IMG/VR virus record: IMGVR_UViG_3300042564_000253
Length of the DNA: 44,406 nt
Strand: one strand, 5' to 3'
DNA from: a virus
Lineage: Duplodnaviria > Heunggongvirae > Uroviricota > Caudoviricetes
Shown: in pieces, positions 7,566-15,960 of the stretch
Numbering within the stretch: the first letter of the stretch is position 1
How the letters are laid out: every line of letters begins with the position of its first letter
Program-made: the position numbers and the translations under genes
The notes under the pieces: model-generated
The model's database searches: none
What the model was told of the DNA's origin: nothing
What the model saw: the letters and a program-made list of their open reading frames with translations, nothing else

Positions 7566-8423
7566 TTATCCTACTTGATTTACTGTTACAATTAGACCAG
7601 GAATAGCAGGAACATTTCCTGAAGCTACAGCTGATGTAATTGCTATTGCATTATCTGCATTACTATTTATTTCCCACTTAAGTTGAACATATTCATTAGC
7701 CACTGTTGTCTTGAAAAAGAAATTCCAAGCTGCTACAACATACACAGAGTTAGAAGGAAATCCTAATTGAGAAGCACTAGTAGGTACATCTGTACCATTT
7801 TGTGATAGCCAAATGTGTGCATGCGTTGCAGTGTTACCAGCATTTTTTACCATCTGTGCACTAAATTGTATATTATATACACCAGGATTAGCTATTGTTA
7901 TTTGATTACCAGAAACAAGTGAAACACCATTATTCCAAGAATCTGAATTAGTAAGACCCATTGTAAGAACAGCTCCTGCAAGACCTGTTTGACTTGTAGT
8001 ATCATAGAAAGATCCTAAATAACCACCAACAGCTCCATTAGCTCCACTAGTTCCAGCAGTTCCTGTAACACCAGCTGTTCCAGCTGTACCACTTACTCCT
8101 GAAGTTCCTGATTCACCTGATGTTCCTGAAGTACCATCTATACCAGAAGTTCCATCAATTCCTGAAGTACCACTTGTTCCACTAACTCCATTAGTGCCAC
8201 TAATACCATTGGTACCAGAAAGACCTGAAGTTCCAGACGTACCTACAACACCACTAGTTCCTGATGTTCCTGATAAACCAGCAGCACCACTAGTACCAGA
8301 CGTACCTGTTCCACCACCACCTGCGTTGTATGCAACACCATTTATAGCTTCTAATTGCTTAGAAATTTGCCACAAGAGGTTTTCTTCTGTTCCCCATCCT
8401 ATCTGTCTGCTTGGTATAGCCAT
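7566..8423 (-). CDS. fibre/spike protein: short anchor, (G-T-S)n triplets, C1q/BclA-CTD-like head
   Basis: Uninterrupted Gly-X-Y triplets followed by [12 protein letters not shown]...[16 protein letters not shown] beta domain. Confidence 0.8.
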   Translation of the reverse strand: MAIPSRQIGWGTEENLLWQISKQLEAINGVAYNAGGGGTGTSGTSGAAGLSGTSGTSGVVGTSGTSGLSGTNGISGTNGVSGTSGTSGIDGTSGIDGTSGTSGESGTSGVSGTAGTAGVTGTAGTSGANGAVGGYLGSFYDTTSQTGLAGAVLTMGLTNSDSWNNGVSLVSGNQITIANPGVYNIQFSAQMVKNAGNTATHAHIWLSQNGTDVPTSASQLGFPSNSVYVVAAWNFFFKTTVANEYVQLKWEINSNADNAIAITSAVASGNVPAIPGLIVTVNQVG

Positions 8424-8442
8424 GATTGCGAAAATTAATGTT

Positions 8443-8450
8443 CAAAGATA
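8443..8450 (-). promoter_or_regulatory. Bacteroidota sigma70 -7 element (TATCTTTG)
   Basis: TAnnTTTG 19 nt upstream of ATG 8423. Confidence 0.55.
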
Positions 8451-8524
8451 TGTTACTTTTTAATATTAACAATGACTGTCAATAATTTACAATAACAATT
8501 TTAGTTATATGTGTTTTAACTTTT

Positions 8525-8695
8525 TTAGTTAGAGAATCTTCCATCAATCTTCCACATGATTTCATTCCCTATTTTGGTCTCAAGCTCAGGATTTACCACA
8601 CTTAAAGTAAGCATAGTGAGCTGAAAGCCTAACGCAAACACTACCCAGGCAAACATAAGACGTACAAATACATCAATAAATTTTATATTTTTCAT
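8525..8695 (-). CDS. 56-aa membrane protein (not in ORF track)
   Basis: MKNIKFIDVFVRLMFAWVVFALGFQLTMLTLSVV...; ATGA overlap with the upstream gene. Confidence 0.65.
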   Translation of the reverse strand: MKNIKFIDVFVRLMFAWVVFALGFQLTMLTLSVVNPELETKIGNEIMWKIDGRFSN

Positions 8696-8814
8696 CGTCC
8701 TTGTCTGTTATAAGGTTTAGTTGCTTTGTCCTTAGGACCTTTAAACTTGGTAGCTTTGCCACATTTACGCTTACCAAATGTAATTTTTCTTGAATTACCT
8801 ACTGATTTTGCCAT
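8692..8814 (-). CDS. 40-aa basic protein (not in ORF track)
   Basis: MAKSVGNSRKITFGKRKCGKATKFKGPKDKATKPYNRQGR; a YxxQGR C-terminus is common in small phage proteins. Confidence 0.7.
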   Translation of the reverse strand: MAKSVGNSRKITFGKRKCGKATKFKGPKDKATKPYNRQGR

Positions 8815-8820
8815 ATTGGT

Positions 8821-9225
8821 TTATTTTAAACTTTGAAATTGTACTAGAATAATTGCTATTAATATAATCTTTTGAGCTAGATGGTATTTCTCCATAGTAT
8901 CTATACTACTTTCTCTTCTAAAGAAGATGTCCCTGTTAGCCTCATACTTCCATTTGTATTGCATTGCATCATAAAGCTTTCTTCCTAGACTGTCACATTT
9001 GTTTTGTAATGAGTCTATAATAAGTCTATTTGCTTGAGCATCAACCTTTAATGAATCTATTTGAAACTTATATTGTTTATATAATGTATTAATTGCATCC
9101 CCTTGTTCAATGGTCATTATCACCACAGAATCCTTACCTATCTTTCTTGTCTTTGGGTATTGGGAATAGGATGAAATTGCTACCAGTGTCAGAACTAACA
9201 CTATCAAGAGCTGCTTTAACTTCAT
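8821..9225 (-). CDS. signal peptide, coiled coil and C-terminal TM protein (spanin candidate)
   Basis: MKLKQLLIVLVLTLVAISSYS-Q SPI-like signal; C-terminal IILIAIILVQF hydrophobic run; overlaps the lipoprotein gene by 92 nt. Confidence 0.6.
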   Translation of the reverse strand: MKLKQLLIVLVLTLVAISSYSQYPKTRKIGKDSVVIMTIEQGDAINTLYKQYKFQIDSLKVDAQANRLIIDSLQNKCDSLGRKLYDAMQYKWKYEANRDIFFRRESSIDTMEKYHLAQKIILIAIILVQFQSLK

Positions 9226-9475
9226 TTAATTCTATTTTGAGAGTGGTAACCTCTTCTTTAAGGTTGGTTATGTTTTGAACTGTTTCCTTTACAATCTTCT
9301 TTTGTGTCTCAGTAGCCTGAGCTTGAACCTGTAGACTTAGTTTATTATTTGTTTCAACTTTGCTAAGAAGCTGTTCAAACTCCCTGTCTTCTTGAATAGA
9401 GCTATCAACTTTTTGAGCAGTTGTATTTTGGCATCCATATATGAGTGGTATTAATATGATTAATAAATATTTCAT
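9134..9475 (-). CDS. coiled-coil lipoprotein (o-spanin candidate)
   Basis: MKYLLIILIPLIYG-C lipoprotein-type signal; heptad-rich body; in the lysis cassette. Confidence 0.6.
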   Translation of the reverse strand: MKYLLIILIPLIYGCQNTTAQKVDSSIQEDREFEQLLSKVETNNKLSLQVQAQATETQKKIVKETVQNITNLKEEVTTLKIELNEVKAALDSVSSDTGSNFILFPIPKDKKDR

Positions 9476-9777
9476 TAGTTAAGTTTTTTGATTGCTCCCA
9501 ACTGTTGCAAAGTTTGCAACTGTGTAGTAGTTACAGCCTTAGCTGAATCACTAACTCTTAAAGATTCTTGTACTCTATCTAATCTAGTTTCTACCTTATC
9601 AATACGTACATTCTGAGAAGCTGCTTGCTCTTTGAATGTTGTACGAACATCTACGTATAGGTATGAAATAGCAATGAGCACCAAGAAAAGGGTGCCCACT
9701 ATTGGGTTTTTAGCAAACTCCTTAAAGCTTATTGGCAAAGGATTTGCTGAGATGTTTGTTTCTTTTTTCGCTGCCAT
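9475..9777 (-). CDS. single-TM coiled-coil protein (holin/antiholin candidate)
   Basis: IVGTLFLVLIAISYLYV TM; translationally coupled to the endolysin gene. Confidence 0.55.
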   Translation of the reverse strand: MAAKKETNISANPLPISFKEFAKNPIVGTLFLVLIAISYLYVDVRTTFKEQAASQNVRIDKVETRLDRVQESLRVSDSAKAVTTTQLQTLQQLGAIKKLN

Positions 9778-10382
9778 TATATACTACCATTTAAAAGGTT
9801 ATTATATTCATTGAAGTGTTTGATACGATCTGGAAGACCAATTGTTCCACCATTAACACGTTTAGTCACCTTAGTAACTACTACGTCTGTAGCCCCCTCG
9901 TCAGCAATCTTATGTAATCCATTCTTATGGAAGAACCAAGCTGCAGATAAAAGTGGGTACTTTGTAGCTACAAGATCTGGGCTAGCTATGATATCATCTT
10001 CAACTGTCTTATCAAAAGCTGCATAGTTATCCTTCCCTGTTAACTGAATGTAACCACGTCCTCTGAACTTATACCCTTCTCCAGAAGCTTGATTACCATT
10101 ACCCATACGATTAGCATACACTATATTAGCAATCCTTTCAGGCTTGCGTTCAAACTCTTTAGCACTTTCAGCTGTAAAGTATTTCTTAAAGATGCTCTGT
10201 AAACCAGCAGCTCCATAGTTTAAGTTTTCTGTAACAACTTTGAATCCACCAGATTCATGACCACATTGGGCCAAGAAATGAGCTAAACGCAAAGGTGTAT
10301 TGATTTCAAACTTATCTAATACACCAGGGATCTGTGCAATCACTGTATCAGGAACATGTCCTTTTAACTTGTCTATGTTCAT
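9777..10382 (-). CDS. GH19-family endolysin
   Basis: LAHFLAQCGHESGGF...ENLNY, YKFRGRGYIQLTGKDNY, SAAWFF, VTKRVNGG.IGL.DR. Confidence 0.93.
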   Translation of the reverse strand: MNIDKLKGHVPDTVIAQIPGVLDKFEINTPLRLAHFLAQCGHESGGFKVVTENLNYGAAGLQSIFKKYFTAESAKEFERKPERIANIVYANRMGNGNQASGEGYKFRGRGYIQLTGKDNYAAFDKTVEDDIIASPDLVATKYPLLSAAWFFHKNGLHKIADEGATDVVVTKVTKRVNGGTIGLPDRIKHFNEYNNLLNGSI

Positions 10383-10384
10383 AG

Positions 10385-10981
10385 TTATTTAATTTTCCAA
10401 TAGCTACTAAATCCATATATAACTTGGCTATTGTTGTTTATTCCAATATGTAAACCAAATATCTTATCCTTCTTAGTTTTGTAAAGTACTCCCCCCTGTA
10501 TAGTTTGAAGTTCTAGTTGTTTGGTGTTGGTGAATCCCCCACCAATAAATAGAGCTCCCTTAGCAGGAGCCTGTTTAGTGATGGTGGTTGTCACAGTAAT
10601 TGTTGGGATCTTATAGTTGTATTTATAAGACCTGTTCTGTAGCTCGTTTTTATGTACTGTATCAGCTACAGCTACATAGCCTAAGGTATCTAACTTGACA
10701 GTGTCAGCGTAGATCTTCTTTGCCAAATGGGCAACGACCAAAGCATCATATTGTGCTTTAAGCTTAGGGTAATTTGTGTCTGCTATATATTCTGGAGGTA
10801 GTGTGTCATGGATTATCTCTTTAACCTTTAACTTCTTGATAATCAATGAGTCATGATGTATCCAGGCTGTATCGTGTAACGTTACAGTATCAGCTTTTAT
10901 TTGAGGAGCATTACATCCTTTGTGTTGAAGAGCCACTGTAAACAGTAAAGCCATTACAACAAATACTAGAATTTTATTCAT
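10385..10981 (-). CDS. N-terminally anchored exported protein of the lysis region
   Basis: N-terminal TM, DTVxxHDT repeats, C-terminal beta strands ending in an aromatic-rich segment. Confidence 0.55.
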   Translation of the reverse strand: MNKILVFVVMALLFTVALQHKGCNAPQIKADTVTLHDTAWIHHDSLIIKKLKVKEIIHDTLPPEYIADTNYPKLKAQYDALVVAHLAKKIYADTVKLDTLGYVAVADTVHKNELQNRSYKYNYKIPTITVTTTITKQAPAKGALFIGGGFTNTKQLELQTIQGGVLYKTKKDKIFGLHIGINNNSQVIYGFSSYWKIK

Positions 10982-11225
10982 TATCTTCAGTTTGGTTTTT
11001 CTTATTGATAAACTTGTCTACAGAAGCAATTCCAAAACAAGCTATAGTCAAAACTTTGAATGAGTCATATATGAACTCATTGACAACCAACTCTTTATGC
11101 AATGTGCCAGTAACAATGTCTGCAATTGCAAACACTACCATGATTACAAAAGAAGCAAAGCCAATTACAGCTTTCTCATTGATTGTGTTATTGTCATCAA
11201 ATAGATCAGAGAAGAACTTTTTCAT
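10974..11225 (-). CDS. two-TM holin candidate
   Basis: Two hydrophobic helices and a charged C-terminus; upstream of the endolysin. Confidence 0.6.
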   Translation of the reverse strand: MKKFFSDLFDDNNTINEKAVIGFASFVIMVVFAIADIVTGTLHKELVVNEFIYDSFKVLTIACFGIASVDKFINKKNQTEDNE

Positions 11226-11508
11226 GTTTCTGTTTTTTTAATAGGTCTTTATTAGGCAATATTGCATAATGTGAGGTTATTGGAGACTCCTTAACTGGAA
11301 GATTAGAATAAGGAAAACTAGTTGTAGCTTTAAATACAACTCTTTCTAAATTGTCAATACGTGTCTTATCTACATTAGACTGAGCCATCAAAACTTTGAC
11401 GTCAGACTTGATTTCGTTTACATCATTCCAAATTAGCAGGGCCATTGCTGATGCTAGACTTGGAAATATCCACACTTTAAATGCGTTAATTGCAGGGGTT
11501 TCTCTCAT
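11206..11508 (-). CDS. single-TM coiled-coil protein (holin-like)
   Basis: Likely ATG 11508 (track start is TTG); WIFPSLASAMALLIW TM then EIKSDVK...RIDNLE heptads. Confidence 0.55.
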   Translation of the reverse strand: MRETPAINAFKVWIFPSLASAMALLIWNDVNEIKSDVKVLMAQSNVDKTRIDNLERVVFKATTSFPYSNLPVKESPITSHYAILPNKDLLKKQKHEKVLL

Positions 11509-11565
11509 AGCTATAAATAAAAATGCACCCAAGTTGGGTGTAGTGTTTAAGATATTTAGATTTAA

Positions 11566-11772
11566 TTACTTCTTTAGACCATACTTGATCCACTTGTACC
11601 ATATACGCTCATGGATAAAGTATTGGATGGGCTTATAGATAAGCTCAGCTACACCAAAGGCAGCTCCCACCCTTATAGAACCAGATATCCACCACATCAA
11701 AAGGAACCCTATTAGGGTACTGATTATCCTATAGCTAATAGTCTTAGCTACATGTCTTTTAATTAGGGGCAT
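11566..11772 (-). CDS. DUF2061-like small membrane protein
   Basis: RHVAKTISYRIIST...AAFGVAELIYK..QYFIHERIW; likely start ATG 11772. Confidence 0.75.
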   Translation of the reverse strand: MPLIKRHVAKTISYRIISTLIGFLLMWWISGSIRVGAAFGVAELIYKPIQYFIHERIWYKWIKYGLKK

Positions 11773-11781
11773 GCTTAGGGG

Positions 11782-11813
11782 CAAAACTAAGTAAAAAAGT
11801 TGAAACTACCAAA
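11782..11813 (-). promoter_or_regulatory. full Bacteroidota -33/-7 promoter
   Basis: TTTG (11813-11810), 20-nt spacer, TAGTTTTG (11789-11782). Confidence 0.6.
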
Positions 11814-11819
11814 TCTTTT

Positions 11820-12197
11820 TTAGTAGGGCTGATAGGACTTCTCCTCTACAAATTCAGAGCCATATTTGATATTAATATCTTTCTTAATACGTGCTCTTTG
11901 ATCATTCAATTTGTATACATTTCTAGCAAAAGCTACAAACTCTTTACCAAAGTCTTTAGCTCTCTCTAGGTCCCTGAGATCATCCTCCACCTTCCATAAC
12001 TCCTTGTTGATTTCAAACAAGTTTTTGGTAAGAGGGTAGTCAGTCATCAATGGATCTTCTGTTTTAAGAACCTCTATAAGGTATATTAATTCTTTCTTAA
12101 CATTCTCTAACTTAGTAGGGTCCTGTATCTTAGATGCTTTGATCATAAGTATAGTGTACTTGTCTACAATTTCTCCTAATGAAACTTCAATTTTCAT
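11820..12197 (-). CDS. DUF6165-like protein
   Basis: IEVSLGEIVDKYTIL.IK, N.ELW.VED.LR, ARNVYKLNDQRARIKK.IN..YGS..VEEKSY. Confidence 0.8.
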   Translation of the reverse strand: MKIEVSLGEIVDKYTILMIKASKIQDPTKLENVKKELIYLIEVLKTEDPLMTDYPLTKNLFEINKELWKVEDDLRDLERAKDFGKEFVAFARNVYKLNDQRARIKKDINIKYGSEFVEEKSYQPY

Positions 12198-12220
12198 AGC
12201 AAAATGTTTTTTATTTTAAA

Positions 12221-12228
12221 CAAAAGTA
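12221..12228 (-). promoter_or_regulatory. -7 element TACTTTTG for the leftward gene
   Basis: TAnnTTTG 23 nt upstream of ATG 12197. Confidence 0.5.
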
Positions 12229-12229
12229 G

Positions 12230-12237
12230 TACATTTG
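12230..12237 (+). promoter_or_regulatory. -7 element TACATTTG for the modification operon
   Basis: TAnnTTTG 17 nt upstream of ATG 12255; back-to-back with the minus-strand element. Confidence 0.55.
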
Positions 12238-12254
12238 TAGGAAATATCAAAGAC

Positions 12255-12692
12255 ATGATTATAGTTATTTTTGGGCAGCCTGGAGCTGGTAAAACTACAC
12301 TAGCTCAAAGACTCATATTAGAGAGATTTTATCACATAGATGGAGACAAGTTAAGAGACATTTTCAAGAACAAAGATTACAGTAAGGAGGGTAGGATTAA
12401 GAATCTAAATAGGGCTAGTGACATTGCTCACTACATAGCCTTTACAGAAGGTCGTGACGTAGTCTTATCACTAGTCTATCCTTATGAGGAAGCTAGAGAG
12501 TACTTACGTAAGTTAACTAAAGGAGTTAGATGGATCTATCTAATCTATGAAGATGATAGAAATAGAGATCAATTTAAAGTGGAAGACTTTGAACTTCCAC
12601 ATATGGACAATGTAGATTTAATCATCAATACTTCCAACACTTCAATAGAAGAAAGTATAAACAAAATCAAAAATGTATGCAGAATATTCTAG
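12255..12692 (+). CDS. cysC: adenylyl-sulfate (APS) kinase-like protein
   Basis: GQPGAGKTT P-loop, IDGDKLR, DYSKEGRIKNLNRA, SLVYPYEEAR; start moved to ATG 12255. Confidence 0.8.
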   Translation: MIIVIFGQPGAGKTTLAQRLILERFYHIDGDKLRDIFKNKDYSKEGRIKNLNRASDIAHYIAFTEGRDVVLSLVYPYEEAREYLRKLTKGVRWIYLIYEDDRNRDQFKVEDFELPHMDNVDLIINTSNTSIEESINKIKNVCRIF

Positions 12693-13069
12693 CAAAGGGT
12701 AATGGTAAAGGAAATGGTTGGGCTATGTTTATAGGTAGATGGCAACCATGGCATGAAGGACATAGATGGTTAATTGATCAACAGTTAAACCAGGGAAAGA
12801 AGGTGTGTATAGCTATTAGAGATATGGAAACTGATGAAAAGAATCCATACTCAGCAATTCAAGTGATGATGAATATCACCAATGAATTAATAGGTCTTGT
12901 AGAAGAGGGTATGATAAGAATCATGATTGTTCCTGATATAGAAAGTATTAATTTTGGACGTGGTGTTGGCTATGATATCATTGAACATATTCCTCCTGCA
13001 GAAATACATGACATCTCAGCAACAAAAATTAGAGAACAAATGAATAAGAATGAAGAAGATATTTTATAA
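12677..13069 (+). CDS. HxGH nucleotidyltransferase (cytidylyltransferase-like; possible minimal sulfate adenylyltransferase)
   Basis: FIGRWQPWHEGH and ISATKIR motifs; overlaps both the cysC-like and sulfotransferase genes. Confidence 0.75.
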   Translation: MQNILAKGNGKGNGWAMFIGRWQPWHEGHRWLIDQQLNQGKKVCIAIRDMETDEKNPYSAIQVMMNITNELIGLVEEGMIRIMIVPDIESINFGRGVGYDIIEHIPPAEIHDISATKIREQMNKNEEDIL

Positions 13070-13868
13070 CGCATCACTGCCTAGATCTGGGTCTACATTA
13101 TTGCAAAATGTGCTAGCACAAAACCCAGACATATATGCCACTCCTACTAGTGGTCTATCTACATTACTGCAATCAGCAAAAGAAACATACAGTAAGCGAG
13201 CTGAGTTTGCTGCATTAGATACAGCTCTTATGAAGAAAGCCTTCTTAGGATTTTTAAGAGGAGGTATGGAAGGGTTTACTAACAATCTTTCAGACAAGAA
13301 GTATATCTTAGATAAAAGTTTTAACTGGGGAGGTGATTACTATCTATTGAAATATATGTTCAATGGAGAGTCACCAAAGATCATCATGATGGTAAGAGAC
13401 TTAAGAGAAAGTGTAGCATCTATGGAATCACAGTATAGATTCTCTCCACAACATGTCTATCCTAAAATTGATTTAGAAACTACACAACTTACTACATTAG
13501 AGAAGAGACTTAAGTATTGGGCTGTAAGTAATCCATTTGGATTAACACTAGACTTTATCAAAGAGATATTTACAGCTAAGATAGAGAATGAGATATTCTT
13601 TATTAAGTTTGAGGAATTCTGTGCATTCCCTGAACCAGTGATGAAAGGACTGTATAACTATTTAGAGATACCATACTTTGCTCATGACTTTGATAACATT
13701 GAACAGGTGACTGATCAGAACGATGGGTTCTATATATTCAATCATAAGATAAGAAAACAACTAAGACCTGTTGAACCTAAGGCTTTAGATATACTTGGAC
13801 CAGAAGCATGTAAATGGGTGTATACAAATTACGAATGGTTCTTTAAAAAGTTTAATTATGCCTTATAG
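13050..13868 (+). CDS. PAPS-dependent sulfotransferase
   Basis: 5'-PSB loop SLPRSGSTLL; 3'-PB motif MVRDLRESVAS; IKFEEF. Confidence 0.9.
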   Translation: MKKIFYNASLPRSGSTLLQNVLAQNPDIYATPTSGLSTLLQSAKETYSKRAEFAALDTALMKKAFLGFLRGGMEGFTNNLSDKKYILDKSFNWGGDYYLLKYMFNGESPKIIMMVRDLRESVASMESQYRFSPQHVYPKIDLETTQLTTLEKRLKYWAVSNPFGLTLDFIKEIFTAKIENEIFFIKFEEFCAFPEPVMKGLYNYLEIPYFAHDFDNIEQVTDQNDGFYIFNHKIRKQLRPVEPKALDILGPEACKWVYTNYEWFFKKFNYAL

Positions 13869-14355
13869 CTCAACAGCATTCAAAGAAGAAGTAAAGCGTC
13901 ACATATTAGCTAACCTACCTCTTCATACTAAAATATTAGATGTAGGTCCTGGTGCAGGTACATATGGATCAATGTTACGTGACTACTATAATATAGATGG
14001 ATTAGAAATCCATGAGCCTTATATAGATAAGTTTAACCTTAGAAGTATATACAACAAAGTAATGGTGGGAAACATTCTAGCATTTGACGTCTCTCCATAT
14101 GATTATATTATATTAGGAGATGTACTAGAGCACATACCAAAGTATGAAGCTATCAATCTGGTAGCTAAGATTAACTCTGCAGATAAGAAGTGTTTAATAG
14201 CTGTACCTTATATGTATGAGCAAGGAGAGTATGATGGTAATGTACATGAGATACATCATCAACCAGACTTAACAAATGAAATATTCCTAGAGAGATATCC
14301 AAGCATGCACTTGTTATATAAAGATGCAGGATATGGATACTATATAAACTATTAA
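13858..14355 (+). CDS. class I SAM-dependent methyltransferase
   Basis: ILDVGPGAGTYG, DGLEI, YDYIILGDVLEH; start moved to ATG 13858. Confidence 0.85.
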   Translation: MPYSSTAFKEEVKRHILANLPLHTKILDVGPGAGTYGSMLRDYYNIDGLEIHEPYIDKFNLRSIYNKVMVGNILAFDVSPYDYIILGDVLEHIPKYEAINLVAKINSADKKCLIAVPYMYEQGEYDGNVHEIHHQPDLTNEIFLERYPSMHLLYKDAGYGYYINY

Positions 14356-14356
14356 T

Positions 14357-15007
14357 ATGAACAACATAGAAACTTTATATCCCCATGGTGGATACATATT
14401 TAAACTACACTTTGATTTTGATTGGAAAACATTATATCCAATATGCAAAGAGTTAGTTAACTCAGAACTTGCATACTCTCCACTAGTAAAGAATGGTAAG
14501 AGTTCACATATGAACAAGCTATCTCCTCATAAGATAGAAGAATTTAGGCCATATTATATGTGGTTGTCTTCTTTAATTAAAGAAATCTTTACAAAGAATT
14601 GTCAATACTCTGATGATGTAATGGAGTATTTTGTTGCTAACAGTTGGGTGAATGTGCAGGGATATGGTGGTCACACTACAGTGCACAATCATGCTAATGT
14701 TTTTATGGTAGCTGCTGCTTATCTAAACCTACCTAAAGATGGTGGGTTCTTTGAATGCGTAGATCCATTAGAGTATAACAAAAGTAATCAGTATCATGAT
14801 GATCCTAATTGGATGTGGAAAGAAGTGCCTGCAATAACTGGTGATGTGTTAGTGTTTCCTGGTTGGTTAAAACATAGAACACAAGTGAACAATGCTCACT
14901 CTAAATTACTTATTGATGACAATGGTGTAGGACGTGAGGAAAACTCATCTGAAGATAGATGGGTTTTGACTACAAACTTTACACAAGAATTTAAAGAAAT
15001 AGTATAA
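14357..15007 (+). CDS. 2OG-Fe(II) oxygenase, TIGR02466-like
   Basis: SWVN, HNH metal motif, AAYL, VFPGWLKH, RWVLTTN. Confidence 0.85.
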   Translation: MNNIETLYPHGGYIFKLHFDFDWKTLYPICKELVNSELAYSPLVKNGKSSHMNKLSPHKIEEFRPYYMWLSSLIKEIFTKNCQYSDDVMEYFVANSWVNVQGYGGHTTVHNHANVFMVAAAYLNLPKDGGFFECVDPLEYNKSNQYHDDPNWMWKEVPAITGDVLVFPGWLKHRTQVNNAHSKLLIDDNGVGREENSSEDRWVLTTNFTQEFKEIV

Positions 15008-15960
15008 TGAAACCAGTCTGTTTAAACTTAGAAGAATGTAATGGGTTAGGTGACCTTATATGTGCCACCCCCACCATCAAGAAACTACATGATGCATACC
15101 AAAGAAAGATCATTGTCATCTCTAAGATGCCTGAGCTATTCAAGATGAATCCTTATGTAGAGAAGAGCTATAAAGCTAGTTCAATGGATATGGATTATTT
15201 CAAAGCTAATTATATAATGCACAACTCTTTCTATCTAGTAGGTAAGAAAGATGAGCGTGGTATAGAGATGAAGCATAATATGATGGACATCAGACAGTTC
15301 CATGCTATACACCTAGGCTTTATGCTTGGACAAGATGAACTAGAATGTTATTACAAACCTACAGAAGAAGATGCTTGTACAGATGGATTTAGTGATAAAA
15401 GTACATCTGGTACCAAAAGATATATAGTGATACATCCTGTTAACAGCTGGCCTAATAGAACATGGTCACAAGAGAACTGGTTAAACTTATCTAAAGAATT
15501 GATTAAATGGGGATATAATGTAGTGGCTGTAGGAAAAGATAGCTCTGAGACAGGGTTCTTTAATGTACAGAAACCTGTACATGAGATGGACAATAACATT
15601 ACTAATCTAATGAATAAGACATCCATATCTCAAACGTGGTATCTGATTAATAATGCTGCAGCTGTTATCACCATGGACTCAGGTATTCTTCATCTAGCAG
15701 GTACAACAGAAACACCTATAATTGAATTAGGATCTCCTATCAACCCTGAGTTTCGTAGACCATATAGAAAGACTAGTAAGCATATATACGTAAGAGGAGG
15801 CTGTGGATTACACTGCAGTTCTAACATGAAGTATGCTCTTGAGTATTGGCCTACGATAGACTACGTACAACCATTGATTGGATGTCTAGAGAAGAAAGAA
15901 ACATTTGAATGTCATCCATCTGTAGAACAAGTAATTCATGCAATTAACAATAACATATGA
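15007..15960 (+). CDS. GT9-family (heptosyltransferase-like) glycosyltransferase with C-terminal Cys cluster
   Basis: GLGDLICATP, IVIHP...RTWSQENW, ITMDSGILHLAG; C..HC...C...EC. Confidence 0.85.
   Translation: MKPVCLNLEECNGLGDLICATPTIKKLHDAYQRKIIVISKMPELFKMNPYVEKSYKASSMDMDYFKANYIMHNSFYLVGKKDERGIEMKHNMMDIRQFHAIHLGFMLGQDELECYYKPTEEDACTDGFSDKSTSGTKRYIVIHPVNSWPNRTWSQENWLNLSKELIKWGYNVVAVGKDSSETGFFNVQKPVHEMDNNITNLMNKTSISQTWYLINNAAAVITMDSGILHLAGTTETPIIELGSPINPEFRRPYRKTSKHIYVRGGCGLHCSSNMKYALEYWPTIDYVQPLIGCLEKKETFECHPSVEQVIHAINNNI

Noticed and set aside
11526-11540. Small hairpin caccca-agt-tgggtg upstream of the lysis cassette
   Set aside because: Only 6-7 bp with no U-tract; could arise by chance.
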